DNA from: a virus
Taxonomy: Duplodnaviria; Caudoviricetes
Direction: 5' to 3' (one strand)
Length of the DNA: 40,499 nt
Virus record (IMG/VR): IMGVR_UViG_3300027892_000066
Span: 1-40,499 of that record
The position numbers were made by a program, and so were the translations under genes. Each line of letters opens with the position of its first letter. The stretch's first letter is position 1. A model generated the notes under the pieces. That model saw only the letters and a program-made list of their open reading frames with translations, did no database searches and had not been told where the DNA came from. Positions 9,280 through 18,774 of the stretch are shown here, in pieces.

Positions 9280-9750
9280 CAAGAATCCAAAAATAACATA
9301 TCTGGTGCCGGCAGTAACTGCGGTAACCCTGTGAGGTAAAAAGGAAGGGAAAACACAAAGTTTTCCTTTTCTTATGTCAAGACTTTCACCTAACATTTCA
9401 AAATTACCGCCTTCAAACTCGTCATTTAGAAAAATACTAAAGGAAACTTTTCTTGTAATTTCTGCGGACAAACTATCAATATGCAATTTATCATAGTGAT
9501 TGCCAGGGTCATACCGAGCAAAGTAACATTCAGTTTCTCCATTGGTGTCCATGCGAAATATTTTATTGTTGGCATCAATAAGTAACTCAACTAGATTAGG
9601 AATACTAAACAAATCAATTTCTTTAATATTGACTTTTCGATTTATTGATTGTTCTACGTGCTCTAAATTGCAATCGTGATTGGCAATAATTTCGTCACAC
9701 TGAGCCGAAGTTAAAAAGGATTTTGAAATTACACTGTAGGAATCATGCAT
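9259..9750 (-). CDS. 2OG-Fe(II) oxygenase, prolyl-hydroxylase-like
   Basis: RYDPGNHYDKLHID (HxD), FLNDEFEGG, FPSFLPHRV (distal His), GTRY (2OG-binding Arg). Confidence 0.85.
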   Translation of the reverse strand: MHDSYSVISKSFLTSAQCDEIIANHDCNLEHVEQSINRKVNIKEIDLFSIPNLVELLIDANNKIFRMDTNGETECYFARYDPGNHYDKLHIDSLSAEITRKVSFSIFLNDEFEGGNFEMLGESLDIRKGKLCVFPSFLPHRVTAVTAGTRYVIFGFLLGPRLK

Positions 9751-10327
9751 GAGTACACGTTTTATGGATTTTATCTAACAGATATAAATTATCTACAGAT
9801 TCTATTGTGTTGATTTCCATGTTAATTGAAATACGGTATTGTTCCGAACTGTGATCACATGGTTGATGCAGCATCCATGACGGCATGATAATCAAGTCGC
9901 CAGTTTCAGGATAAAATGTATCAACAACCCCGTTATTATTAATTTGAAGTCCGCCTTCGCCGTCGGGTAAAGTTGGAACATGCAGATAAAACACACCATT
10001 TATAGTTGAAGTATTTACATGGTTGTGCATATTGGTCTTGTTGTTACTGGAGTTGTATACATTCGCCCAACACCAATTCTTTTGTTTTACACTAAATCTA
10101 AAATTCTCAAAGACCTGTCTAGTTAACTCTACGAAGTTATTATACAATTCTGCAAAGTCATTATACGGATCCATAATTTCAAAAGTGTAACCTCCGTGAT
10201 ACTTGGCTATATCTTTTTGAGATAGTACGCAATCGATCATCCGTGTTCTTTGTGTTTCTACGATATGTATTTTAGTAGCAAGAAGATACGGATTGTCAGT
10301 AAAGAAGTGTATGTTGTTAGTCTGCAT
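9743..10327 (-). CDS. Putative 2OG-Fe(II) oxygenase, TIGR02466-like (HxH)
   Basis: WANVY...MHNH...GVFYL...P.TGDLIIMPSWMLH...RISINM. Confidence 0.8.
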   Translation of the reverse strand: MQTNNIHFFTDNPYLLATKIHIVETQRTRMIDCVLSQKDIAKYHGGYTFEIMDPYNDFAELYNNFVELTRQVFENFRFSVKQKNWCWANVYNSSNNKTNMHNHVNTSTINGVFYLHVPTLPDGEGGLQINNNGVVDTFYPETGDLIIMPSWMLHQPCDHSSEQYRISINMEINTIESVDNLYLLDKIHKTCTHA

Positions 10328-10940
10328 GGCAATTTATATTGAAACTAATTATCATTCGATCCCTATCAGATTGATTGGGTTCTGATTCATGTTTTAAATA
10401 TCCAGGAAACATGACCAATTTTCCAGGCTGCGGAACAAAATTGGTTATCTTATTACCACGATATAGTGTATTGTCAGGTTCATTTGCTAGTGTATATTCT
10501 TTAGGATCGATTAATAAAAGATCTCCACACGCGGTTTCCGCCTGCACGTAGTATACTCCGCTCCAATGAACCCCTCTATGATCATGTAACGGCACGTAAG
10601 CACCAAGTGGATAAACATTGCACCAGGCATTTTCCCACTGCCATTTACCTGGAAAATTCAATTGTGCGAAAAAACCATTTATTGTAGGAGTAAGCAAATT
10701 AAACAAACTGTTAAACTCTGTGCGCTGTAGGATGTCATGTTGATTGAATGAACTATAGCCTAATTCGCTTTTTACATTGGTTTGTAAATTATTTTTCCAC
10801 AGATGACTCAAAATTCTTTTTGAGTCATCTAGCGCAAACAGTGCGTCAATTGAACTTATCAAATCCTTGTTGAGATTGTCAACATCTGTTACAATCGTCT
10901 CTAATATCGGAACTGAAAATAAATTTAGTATTCGTTTCAT
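10317..10940 (-). CDS. Putative 2OG-Fe(II) oxygenase, TIGR02466 family (HxH)
   Basis: LFSVPI...AWCNVYP.G....HDH...WSGVYYV...GDL...DP...PQPGKLVMFPGYLKH...N.S..DRMIISFN. Confidence 0.85.
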   Translation of the reverse strand: MKRILNLFSVPILETIVTDVDNLNKDLISSIDALFALDDSKRILSHLWKNNLQTNVKSELGYSSFNQHDILQRTEFNSLFNLLTPTINGFFAQLNFPGKWQWENAWCNVYPLGAYVPLHDHRGVHWSGVYYVQAETACGDLLLIDPKEYTLANEPDNTLYRGNKITNFVPQPGKLVMFPGYLKHESEPNQSDRDRMIISFNINCHAD

Positions 10941-10943
10941 ATA

Positions 10944-11498
10944 TTAGATGTAGGTGTAATAGGTGCTTACAATAAACTTATCTGCGATTGAGGGACGTAA
11001 TCCTCGATGCGGCCATGGCCAACAAGGAGGAAAAACCACGATGCTTCCCTGCTTGGCAGTTATAGATATGTCGTGTAAGGGAAATTCAGTGCCTGCTTCC
11101 GAATCATTGAGATAAATCAAAACAGCTAAAAATCTACTGCTGTTGGTATATGTAGAACAATCGACGTGAAGCCTGAATTCTTGTTCGTTTCGTCTGTACC
11201 GTTTAATTCTATACGCCTCCTGTCCACATTTTTTTGGAAGCATATTCAGAACATCTACTCTGTTTCGATAATCCTCAATTACCGGAGCTAAAATACTATC
11301 TAAAATTTTAACTTCGTCTTTCCAATCATACGACATTGCCTGCCCTGGATATTTTGCTGGAGTGGCATACATACCGATATGATCCATCCAAGCAGGTGCA
11401 TGTATAATGTCTTTTGCATTTTTATCAAATAAACCTATTAAATGTTCACAAAACGTTGTTGGTACTGCATTTTCATAAACCTGTATGTATGAGATCAT
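10944..11498 (-). CDS. 2OG-Fe(II) oxygenase, prolyl 4-hydroxylase-like
   Basis: IKRY...FRLHVD...RFLAVLIYLND...GTEF...KQGSIVVFPP.WPWPHRG..P....KFIVSTY, typical of cyanophage-type 2OG oxygenases. Confidence 0.85.
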   Translation of the reverse strand: MISYIQVYENAVPTTFCEHLIGLFDKNAKDIIHAPAWMDHIGMYATPAKYPGQAMSYDWKDEVKILDSILAPVIEDYRNRVDVLNMLPKKCGQEAYRIKRYRRNEQEFRLHVDCSTYTNSSRFLAVLIYLNDSEAGTEFPLHDISITAKQGSIVVFPPCWPWPHRGLRPSIADKFIVSTYYTYI

Positions 11499-11554
11499 AA
11501 AAGTATTTACGTAATTTAAAATTGTATGGGTAATTTATGAAAGTAAATACAAGC
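11499..11554. promoter_or_regulatory. Divergent pair of late-type promoters, each with TAAATA 5 nt upstream of an ATG
   Basis: TATTTA at 11504-11509 (minus strand, ATG 11498) and TAAATA at 11544-11549 (plus strand, ATG 11555). Confidence 0.65.
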
Positions 11555-12334
11555 ATGAAATATCTAAAAGATGCCCCTACAGTATTTGTCCATTACCCGA
11601 TCGGAGCCGGAGGCTGGTTTTTAGCTTCTCTCATATATTTTGCCTACGATCAAAGTGAATCATTTGAATTTGATAATAAGGGATCCGGACACAACAATAG
11701 AGCCATACAATACATAAACAATTTCTATAAGGATTTTCTGGGCAGCAAAGAAGGCGCTGACATTCTTGAGGATGCCAATTACGAAAATTTTTCTCAACAA
11801 CAACGTTTAGCATATCTTCGTGACAATTTGTTGATCTCACCGTTAGCTAAAGATTCAGTGCCTCAGGTAATATCAATTCATTGTAGAAATATTAATATAT
11901 TTTTAGAAGCTTTTCCAAATTCTAAATGTATACAAATCAATATTACAGACGATCAAAAAAAACTTTGCAGATTTAACTACTTGTTCAAAATTTTGTCAAC
12001 AACAGAAATAAATTTTGAAACTTTTTGCAGAGACAATGGATTATCAGAAACAGAAATTAAAAACGCCAAAGTTAAAATACAAAATTTAAAAGATCATTTT
12101 GACGAATTCGAATGGACGTCAAAATTTATTACAAAATTGAATAAGACCGTTGAAAACTCTCCCGAATTTGATAAAAGAATTCTAGAAATTTTTTATAATG
12201 AATACATAAATGATCCAGCTGACTATTTGTTAACAGAAATATGTAAGTTTTTAGAAATATCACTAGAAGAAAATTTACGCAATGACCTTACGGGTTACAT
12301 TTTCCAATACAGAGCACTGCAACCAAAACTATGA
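11555..12334 (+). CDS. Sulfotransferase-like (P-loop fold) protein
   Basis: N-terminal beta-strand plus HYPIGAGGWFLASLI resembles a degenerate PAPS-binding loop. C-terminal LEIFYNEYINDP...EICKFLEI resembles the sulfotransferase YEDL..P...I..FLG motif. The start is moved from 11537 to 11555 to fit the promoter. Confidence 0.5.
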   Translation: MKYLKDAPTVFVHYPIGAGGWFLASLIYFAYDQSESFEFDNKGSGHNNRAIQYINNFYKDFLGSKEGADILEDANYENFSQQQRLAYLRDNLLISPLAKDSVPQVISIHCRNINIFLEAFPNSKCIQINITDDQKKLCRFNYLFKILSTTEINFETFCRDNGLSETEIKNAKVKIQNLKDHFDEFEWTSKFITKLNKTVENSPEFDKRILEIFYNEYINDPADYLLTEICKFLEISLEENLRNDLTGYIFQYRALQPKL

Positions 12335-13476
12335 ACATACTTATTTTAACACCAGATCGAGTGGGATCTACTTTTCTTCAAAGATATTTAACAATTATCA
12401 TGCAGTCCTACGATTATGGTAAACCTGTTATCAATCTGCATGAACTAACAAATGGCATAATCAGTTACTACAATGAAAAATTGCAAATGCAGGTCCTAGG
12501 AAAGCCAGAAAAATCTCAATGGGGATATTGGCAGCCGTTATCAGAGATTGTAGATAATCTAAAAAATGCAGATCATTATAAAACCAGTAGATTAGCTCTG
12601 TATCATTTGAACAACAGACAAGATAATTTAACTGATAAATTAAGTTTTTACAAATATCTAAATGAAAATTTTTACATTATAAGTGCTAGACGTAAAAATT
12701 TATTTGAACACGGCATTAGTTGGTGTATTGTGAACGAATCAAAGCATCTTAATGTGTTTACACACGAGGAAAAAATACATGTATTCAGCGATGTGTATAA
12801 ACGTGGAATACATGTTGACCCCGAAGCTATGACAAACTATCTTGATAGATATGTTGAATACTTGAAATGGGTGTCAGACCATTTTAATGTTAGTACCTAT
12901 TTCAATTATGAAAAAGACATGCCAAACATTGATCAGTTTGTTTCTAGACTAAACATTTTTCCACCAGGAGAAACTGCTAAATCATGGAAAGATGTATTTG
13001 GAATTTCGTGGAAAGAATGGAATAGCTGCCACTATCTCATCAGTGATATGAGCGGACTTTCGAATAAAGTTTCTATGTTAGAAAACTCAGCCAACCAATT
13101 AGCAGCATTGCCATCACCGACACAAGACGAACTGCTGAACAATCACACACCACTACCGGCGTTGCTAACAAGAAGTTCTTTAAGTTTAGAAAATCAAAAC
13201 TTTCTTAGAAATAATATTGAAAAATATTCCGACGTGTACTATAAAATCGATAGTCTAGAAACAGACAGAATTATTACTTCTAAGATGCCTATCAAATTAC
13301 AGACTCTAGCAGAAAAAGCATTATTGATTAAAAACTTTTCGGAATGTGTTGAAGTATTTAATAAATGGTGTAAGAAAAATCAAAAAGAAGATCAGTGTAT
13401 AGATATGCAGAATCTTGCACAAGAAGCGTTTGGCGAGGTCAAAGACTGGTACAGCAACTTCACGTCGAGCAATTAG
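12331..13476 (+). CDS. Sulfotransferase-like protein (Stf0-like motifs)
   Basis: ILILTPDRVGSTFLQRYL (PRSGST-like 5'-PSB loop), RRKNLFEHGISW (3'-PB-like R..S) and FNYEKD. ATGA overlap with the upstream gene. Confidence 0.6.
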   Translation: MNILILTPDRVGSTFLQRYLTIIMQSYDYGKPVINLHELTNGIISYYNEKLQMQVLGKPEKSQWGYWQPLSEIVDNLKNADHYKTSRLALYHLNNRQDNLTDKLSFYKYLNENFYIISARRKNLFEHGISWCIVNESKHLNVFTHEEKIHVFSDVYKRGIHVDPEAMTNYLDRYVEYLKWVSDHFNVSTYFNYEKDMPNIDQFVSRLNIFPPGETAKSWKDVFGISWKEWNSCHYLISDMSGLSNKVSMLENSANQLAALPSPTQDELLNNHTPLPALLTRSSLSLENQNFLRNNIEKYSDVYYKIDSLETDRIITSKMPIKLQTLAEKALLIKNFSECVEVFNKWCKKNQKEDQCIDMQNLAQEAFGEVKDWYSNFTSSN

Positions 13477-13478
13477 CA

Positions 13479-14195
13479 ATGTTAGATGATCTGTTCCTAA
13501 CAACTTCAGCCAATCAATGTCTAATAGAATTAGGAATAGACAGCTATGAACAGTGTCTAGATAAAGAATACTTTGCCAACTATCCTTACAGAATATATTA
13601 TTTTTTTAACAGCCGAGGTTTTCGAGATAATGAATGGCCCAACGATATCAATAATGCTATTTGGTGTGTAGGTGATAGTTTTACAGTAGGACTAGGACAA
13701 CCATTTGAACATACCTGGCATCAACAACTATCAACATTAACCAAAGACAATATTATTAATATCAGTTTAAACGGAGCCAGCAATGATTGGATCTCTAGAA
13801 AGGTCTGCTATATTTTAAAACACGCAGCACCAAAGACTATTTTTATACAATGGAGTTATTTGCATCGTCGTGAAAATAACAACCAACTGTTATTAGACGA
13901 ACAAAGACTAATGCATCATGATCCACACGATTCTAACGACATTGGAAATTTTTTGAAGAATATCATGGCAGTTGAGTCTAACAAAGCAAATACTAGAATT
14001 GTACATTCATTTATTCCCGAGTTTAACAAAATAGATAATAACTATATCATATACGATAAGTTAGATGAAGATCGTATTTTATTTTTTCCAAACATAGATG
14101 TTGTTGATAAAGCAAGAGACGGGCATCATTATGGAAAACACACTGCAATGATATATGCAACACAATACATGAATACATTGAAAAATGGCTATTGA
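13479..14195 (+). CDS. SGNH/GDSL hydrolase-like protein
   Basis: FNSRGFRD...IWCVGDSFTVGLG (block I Ser), NISLNGASN (block II) and RDGHHYG (DxxH). ATG 13479 lies just after the upstream stop. Confidence 0.7.
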   Translation: MLDDLFLTTSANQCLIELGIDSYEQCLDKEYFANYPYRIYYFFNSRGFRDNEWPNDINNAIWCVGDSFTVGLGQPFEHTWHQQLSTLTKDNIINISLNGASNDWISRKVCYILKHAAPKTIFIQWSYLHRRENNNQLLLDEQRLMHHDPHDSNDIGNFLKNIMAVESNKANTRIVHSFIPEFNKIDNNYIIYDKLDEDRILFFPNIDVVDKARDGHHYGKHTAMIYATQYMNTLKNGY

Positions 14196-14778
14196 ACTTT
14201 TGGAAAACAATGAAGATTTCACATATATGCTTTTTAAATCAAAGTATATAGAAGATAACATCGATTCAATTTTATATCAAACAGACATAATAGCAAAGAC
14301 ACTGCAATATAGACTAGAATCTGAGACATCCAATGTTACATGGCTATATAAAAAATATAATGTATTTGTTTATGCATCAGGTAGTCCTGCATATTTTCAA
14401 ATTTATAAAGATCTAAATGAATGTATATCGTTATATTGTAAAAAATATAATGTTCCTACATTTAATCTGTGGATGCGAAATTGGCTAAACTATCACGATC
14501 ATGCAGAAGCACTGCAATTGCATGATCACGAAGTTATGGCACACGGATATGTTTCTATAGAACCTAGATTCACCGAAACAGTTTTTGTTGATGAATACGA
14601 TATAGAAAGATACAAAATAATCAACAAAGTAGGGCAGATTTACCTAGGACCGGGAAGAAGAAAGCACTATGTAAAAAATCTAAAAGACTATTCTAAAAAA
14701 CGAGTCACTCTTGGACTAGATTTAGAAACGAACATGGCGCCAGGAGTTAATCTAGGATGTTTGCCAGTAATAGTATAA
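14185..14778 (+). CDS. Putative 2OG-Fe(II) oxygenase-like protein (HxH)
   Basis: WMRNWLNYH...LQLHDH...HGYVSI.P...T.F...GQIYLGPG...HYV...RVTLGLD. Confidence 0.65.
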   Translation: MAIELLENNEDFTYMLFKSKYIEDNIDSILYQTDIIAKTLQYRLESETSNVTWLYKKYNVFVYASGSPAYFQIYKDLNECISLYCKKYNVPTFNLWMRNWLNYHDHAEALQLHDHEVMAHGYVSIEPRFTETVFVDEYDIERYKIINKVGQIYLGPGRRKHYVKNLKDYSKKRVTLGLDLETNMAPGVNLGCLPVIV

Positions 14779-14787
14779 AGGACACAG

Positions 14788-16383
14788 ATGGAAATTAAAC
14801 ATGTAACAATTATAGGTGGCGGTAGCTCCGGTTGGATGGCGGCAGCCACACTGGCCAAACTCTGTAGGCATTTGAAAATTACCATTGTTGAATCCAAAAA
14901 TTATGCAACTATTGGAGTAGGCGAATCAACTCTTGGGCAAATTAATCGATGGTTTAATATGTTAGGTATAACTGATGAAATGTGGATGAAAGACTGTCAA
15001 GCTACATATAAAAATAGTATACGCTTTACAAATTTTAGAGACAACGACGGCACTTATTTTGAATATCCGTTTGGAGGATTTGATCTTGAAGACAAACACA
15101 ACGGACTAAATTCATGGTCAGAATTATCATGTTTATATCCTGAATCGTTTCCGCCCGATTCGTTCGCAGAATTTTATAATACCAGTAACACATTATTGGC
15201 AAAACATAACAGGCAAACTAAAAATAAACAATCACGTCTAAAACATTTTGATTTTAATTATGATACTGCCTATCATATGGATGCTACGGCGTTCGGTCAA
15301 TGGTTAAAAAATAATATTGCTCTCAAGCATGGAGTAGAACTGATACACAATGAAATAGAAAGCTGTATCAAAGATGCCGAGGGAAATATCACACAAATTA
15401 AATGTCTAGACGGTCAAATTCTCAAATCAGATCTGTGGATTGACTGCACGGGATTTAAATCTCTTTTGCTAGAGCAATGGATGGGTGAAGATTTTATATC
15501 GTTCAGTGATCAGTTAGCCAATGATTCTGCATGGGCATGCCCAATAGAATATTCAGATAAGTCGAGTGAAATCACCAACGTGACTGATTGTACTGCGTTA
15601 AACAATGGATGGGTTTGGAATACGCCACTGTGGTCAAGGATAGGAACCGGCTATGTTTATTCTAGCAAGTTTGTTTCAAAAGAAGAAGCAAAACTAGAGT
15701 TTAAAAATCATCTAGTGGAAAAATTTGGACAGGATCGAGTCAACGAATCTGTTATGCGCAGTGTCGACATTAGACACGGATATAAGAAAAAAGCATGGGT
15801 AAAAAATGTAGTAGGCATCGGACTTTCCTATGGATTTATTGAACCGTTGGAATCTACTGGATTGTTAACGACACATGAAAACTTAATTAGACTAGTCGAT
15901 GTATTGAATCGTAGATGTGGATACGTTACAAACACAGAGATAAATGGATTTAATTATGCTGTTGAAATAATTTTGCTAGGTTTCAGAGATTTTGTGTCAA
16001 TGCATTACGGCTTATCAAGACGAACAGACACACCTTATTGGAAATGGTGCACACAAACCAACGAATATCAACCTAAGTTATTTGATGAATATGTGCTGCG
16101 ACATGGAGGGTACGGAACCTTATTGGCAAATTTAAATTTAAGCAACACATATCCGAGTGATATGCAGGGTGCTACATTTATTACAGCAGGTATGGGTATC
16201 AAATCTATATCTACACCAGAAATGGTGCAGGCATATTATAAGTTTCATAGAACAAATTTAAAAATTTTAGAAGATGCAAAAATGAATTACGAAAAGCATA
16301 AACTGTATACAGAGAATTTTATAAAAACATTGCCTACTAGTTATGAATTTTTAAGAGATAATATCTACGCTGAAAAAAACTGA
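14788..16383 (+). CDS. Flavin-dependent halogenase, tryptophan 7-halogenase (PrnA/RebH) family
   Basis: IIGGGSSGWM (FAD), IGVGEST, CQATYKNSIRF (Lys equivalent to PrnA K79), AYHMDA, IDCTGF, GWVWNTPL (WxWxIP variant), RIGTGYVYS, GFIEPLESTG. Confidence 0.92.
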   Translation: MEIKHVTIIGGGSSGWMAAATLAKLCRHLKITIVESKNYATIGVGESTLGQINRWFNMLGITDEMWMKDCQATYKNSIRFTNFRDNDGTYFEYPFGGFDLEDKHNGLNSWSELSCLYPESFPPDSFAEFYNTSNTLLAKHNRQTKNKQSRLKHFDFNYDTAYHMDATAFGQWLKNNIALKHGVELIHNEIESCIKDAEGNITQIKCLDGQILKSDLWIDCTGFKSLLLEQWMGEDFISFSDQLANDSAWACPIEYSDKSSEITNVTDCTALNNGWVWNTPLWSRIGTGYVYSSKFVSKEEAKLEFKNHLVEKFGQDRVNESVMRSVDIRHGYKKKAWVKNVVGIGLSYGFIEPLESTGLLTTHENLIRLVDVLNRRCGYVTNTEINGFNYAVEIILLGFRDFVSMHYGLSRRTDTPYWKWCTQTNEYQPKLFDEYVLRHGGYGTLLANLNLSNTYPSDMQGATFITAGMGIKSISTPEMVQAYYKFHRTNLKILEDAKMNYEKHKLYTENFIKTLPTSYEFLRDNIYAEKN

Positions 16384-16387
16384 TATT

Positions 16388-17389
16388 ATGAAAATTTCTA
16401 TTCTCGACCAATCCACAGTAAACGATATTATGCCGCAGAGTGCGGCAATAAATGAAACAATAGATCTCGCTCAAAAATCTGAACAATGGGGATACCATCG
16501 ATATTGGGTATCAGAACATCATAACAGTAATTCAGTAGCAGGTACTGCCCCTGAAATATTAGTAGCTGCAATTGCTTCTGTAACAAAAAAAATCAAGGTT
16601 GGCAGTGCTGCTGTGTTATTACAGTACTATAGTCCTTTTAAGGTAGCCGAACAATTTTCAGTTATTGAATCTATCGCTCCGGGCAGAGTTGATCTTGGGA
16701 TAGGACGAGGATTAGGTGCGGACGGATTGGCGTCAAGGGCACTGAATCCCAACTTGATGCCTAATGAAAATTATGAAGAAAAAATAGATGAATTATTGTA
16801 TTGGACCGAGGGTAGAGATTTGCCCAAAGACAGTATTCACAGCCATGGGCTTGTTTCGGCCAATCCTATGGGACATACAAGTCCAGACATTTGGATCATG
16901 GGGTTTGGAATAGACGGTGCAAGAATTGCTGCTGAACGCGGATTGCCGTATTCATACGCACACTTTTTTAATGACGGTGAACATCTAGCACAGGCACTAG
17001 ACGTCTATAGAGAAAATTTTGTGCCTAGCGAAAGATATCAACAACCATGTGCAAATATTTGTGTATGGGCATTGGCAGCAGAATCTGAAGAAAGAGCAGA
17101 ATTTATTGCACGGTCGCGATATCATTGGCGTATAGGATTTTTAAAAGGAGAAAGAAAACCATTACAAGATCCTAGCAATTTGACCGAAAACATTTATACA
17201 CAGGATGAATTGAAGCAAATCAATCTATGGAAATCTAAAGCAATTATAGGTACCAAAGAAACAGTAGGTGATAAAATAAAGCAGTTGACTAATAAATTTG
17301 AGATTGATGAAATAGTAATTAATACATGGACTCACAAATTTGATGATAGATACAGATCTTTCAAGTTGATATCGGAAATACCATTATGA
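16388..17389 (+). CDS. Luciferase-like (LLM class) flavin-dependent monooxygenase, group 1 / YhbW-like
   Basis: SILDQS...GYHRYWVSEHH...APEIL...T..IKVGS..VLLQYYSPFKVAEQF...PGRVDLGIGR...A.IAAERGLPYSYAHF. Confidence 0.92.
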   Translation: MKISILDQSTVNDIMPQSAAINETIDLAQKSEQWGYHRYWVSEHHNSNSVAGTAPEILVAAIASVTKKIKVGSAAVLLQYYSPFKVAEQFSVIESIAPGRVDLGIGRGLGADGLASRALNPNLMPNENYEEKIDELLYWTEGRDLPKDSIHSHGLVSANPMGHTSPDIWIMGFGIDGARIAAERGLPYSYAHFFNDGEHLAQALDVYRENFVPSERYQQPCANICVWALAAESEERAEFIARSRYHWRIGFLKGERKPLQDPSNLTENIYTQDELKQINLWKSKAIIGTKETVGDKIKQLTNKFEIDEIVINTWTHKFDDRYRSFKLISEIPL

Positions 17390-17964
17390 AAATACAAAAA
17401 ACTGATTATTGTAACATTTATGACGACATACTTACTATTGAAGAGCAAATAGCAATTCAAGATATAATTAATTCAAAAAAATTAAAATATCTGTCGTGTG
17501 ATTATTCTGTAGGACCAGAATTACAAGAGGACAACCAAGATAAAAATTGTCAAGAATATCCACAATTGTCTGCCATGATAATAGAAAATAATGAAGTTTG
17601 TAATCGATTTTCTTACGAACTATCTCATGTTTTACGAAAGTTCCTAATGATAACAAAGTTCACATGCAAAAATATTCATAGAATGAAACTGAATTTACAA
17701 GAAAAAACAGACAGTTATCCCGAAACAAATTATTTAACACCGCATGTGGATTTAGATATCATGCACAATGTTTTGATATATTACCCTTTCGACAGCGACG
17801 GTAATACCTTTCTATTTGAAAAACAATCTACAAAATGGAATATAGTTCAATCTATTGAACCAAAACAAGGACGCTATGTTTTATTTTCAGGCGACCAATA
17901 TCACTCAGGGCAGCCGCCTACAAAATCAAGTGTGAGAGCTGTTCTTAACATAGATTTTTCATGA
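17386..17964 (+). CDS. 2OG-Fe(II) oxygenase
   Basis: RMKLNL...PHVD (HxD)...LIYY..DSDGNT..F...IEPKQGRYVLFSG..YHSG..P....RAVLNIDF. Confidence 0.8.
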   Translation: MKIQKTDYCNIYDDILTIEEQIAIQDIINSKKLKYLSCDYSVGPELQEDNQDKNCQEYPQLSAMIIENNEVCNRFSYELSHVLRKFLMITKFTCKNIHRMKLNLQEKTDSYPETNYLTPHVDLDIMHNVLIYYPFDSDGNTFLFEKQSTKWNIVQSIEPKQGRYVLFSGDQYHSGQPPTKSSVRAVLNIDFS

Positions 17965-18737
17965 CACAAATAAAACGATTGTATGCCAACGGTGATTCAT
18001 TTGTGTTTGGAATGGAAGCCATTGAAGACGACAGCAGACATCCTGACAATAAAAAATATTCATTTGCAAATCATATCGCGACAGCGTTTGATCTTGACTA
18101 TACCAACAATGCTTACAATGCAGCTACAAATGAATTTATTTTCCGTAGAACTATTTTTGATCTAGAAGAATTTTTAAAAACGTCTAGAGCAGAAGACATA
18201 TTTGTGATAGTTGGGTGGACATCATTATTCAGAAAAGAAATAGTTGCACAACCCCTGTTCCAACATTTATTAAAACAGCAAAACACAATCTCGGTAAATC
18301 CCGATGATCAGGAGTATCATGATTTTGGAACCTTCTTTATTAATCCCAATCAATCTCACGATATAACACTGCATAAAAATAACTATACTAAACACATTAA
18401 CCTGTCTGATCAGATAACAGAATTTTGTGCTATGTATTTTTGGGATGATCAACTGCAGATACAACAACTCTCAGCCTTGATAATTGCTCTTCACAATTAT
18501 CTTAAAATGAAAGGATTCAGACACCTATTTGTTAATTGCTGTCTGTCAACTAACCAATCGATTGATTTTGGTATTGATCCAATGGTATGCTTTGATTGGG
18601 AAGAAAGTTTCTATTCGTGGGGAACTAAAAAACATCCACAACTGATCCGACAAAAAAACCATTTTCATCATCAGGTGCATAGAGAGTATGCCGATATTCT
18701 AATACAATATATCAATGAAAAAAAATTGATGGTATAA
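17961..18737 (+). CDS. SGNH hydrolase-like protein
   Basis: LYANGDSFVFG, N.AYNAATNEFIFR, VIVGWTS..R.E, C-terminal NHFHHQVH. ATGA coupling with the upstream gene. Confidence 0.65.
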   Translation: MTQIKRLYANGDSFVFGMEAIEDDSRHPDNKKYSFANHIATAFDLDYTNNAYNAATNEFIFRRTIFDLEEFLKTSRAEDIFVIVGWTSLFRKEIVAQPLFQHLLKQQNTISVNPDDQEYHDFGTFFINPNQSHDITLHKNNYTKHINLSDQITEFCAMYFWDDQLQIQQLSALIIALHNYLKMKGFRHLFVNCCLSTNQSIDFGIDPMVCFDWEESFYSWGTKKHPQLIRQKNHFHHQVHREYADILIQYINEKKLMV

Positions 18738-18745
18738 TACTAGCA

Positions 18746-18753
18746 TATAAATA
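18746..18753 (+). promoter_or_regulatory. Perfect T4 late promoter consensus TATAAATA
   Basis: Exact match in the intergenic gap ahead of the GT9-like and carbamoyltransferase genes. Confidence 0.7.
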
Positions 18754-18774
18754 CTTGGCACGAAAAGGGATGAC

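Noticed and set aside
13395-13478. ORF-track 5' extensions here and at 11537, 30559, 30726 and 32512
   Set aside because: They overlap neighbouring genes or promoters. Downstream ATGs fit the TAAATA or SD signals and the family N-termini better.
9259-17964. TET/JBP-type DNA base oxidation by the 2OG oxygenases
   Set aside because: The motifs fit P4H-like and TIGR02466-like families, and no methyltransferase or thymidylate synthase homologue is nearby. DNA modification is disfavoured but not excluded.
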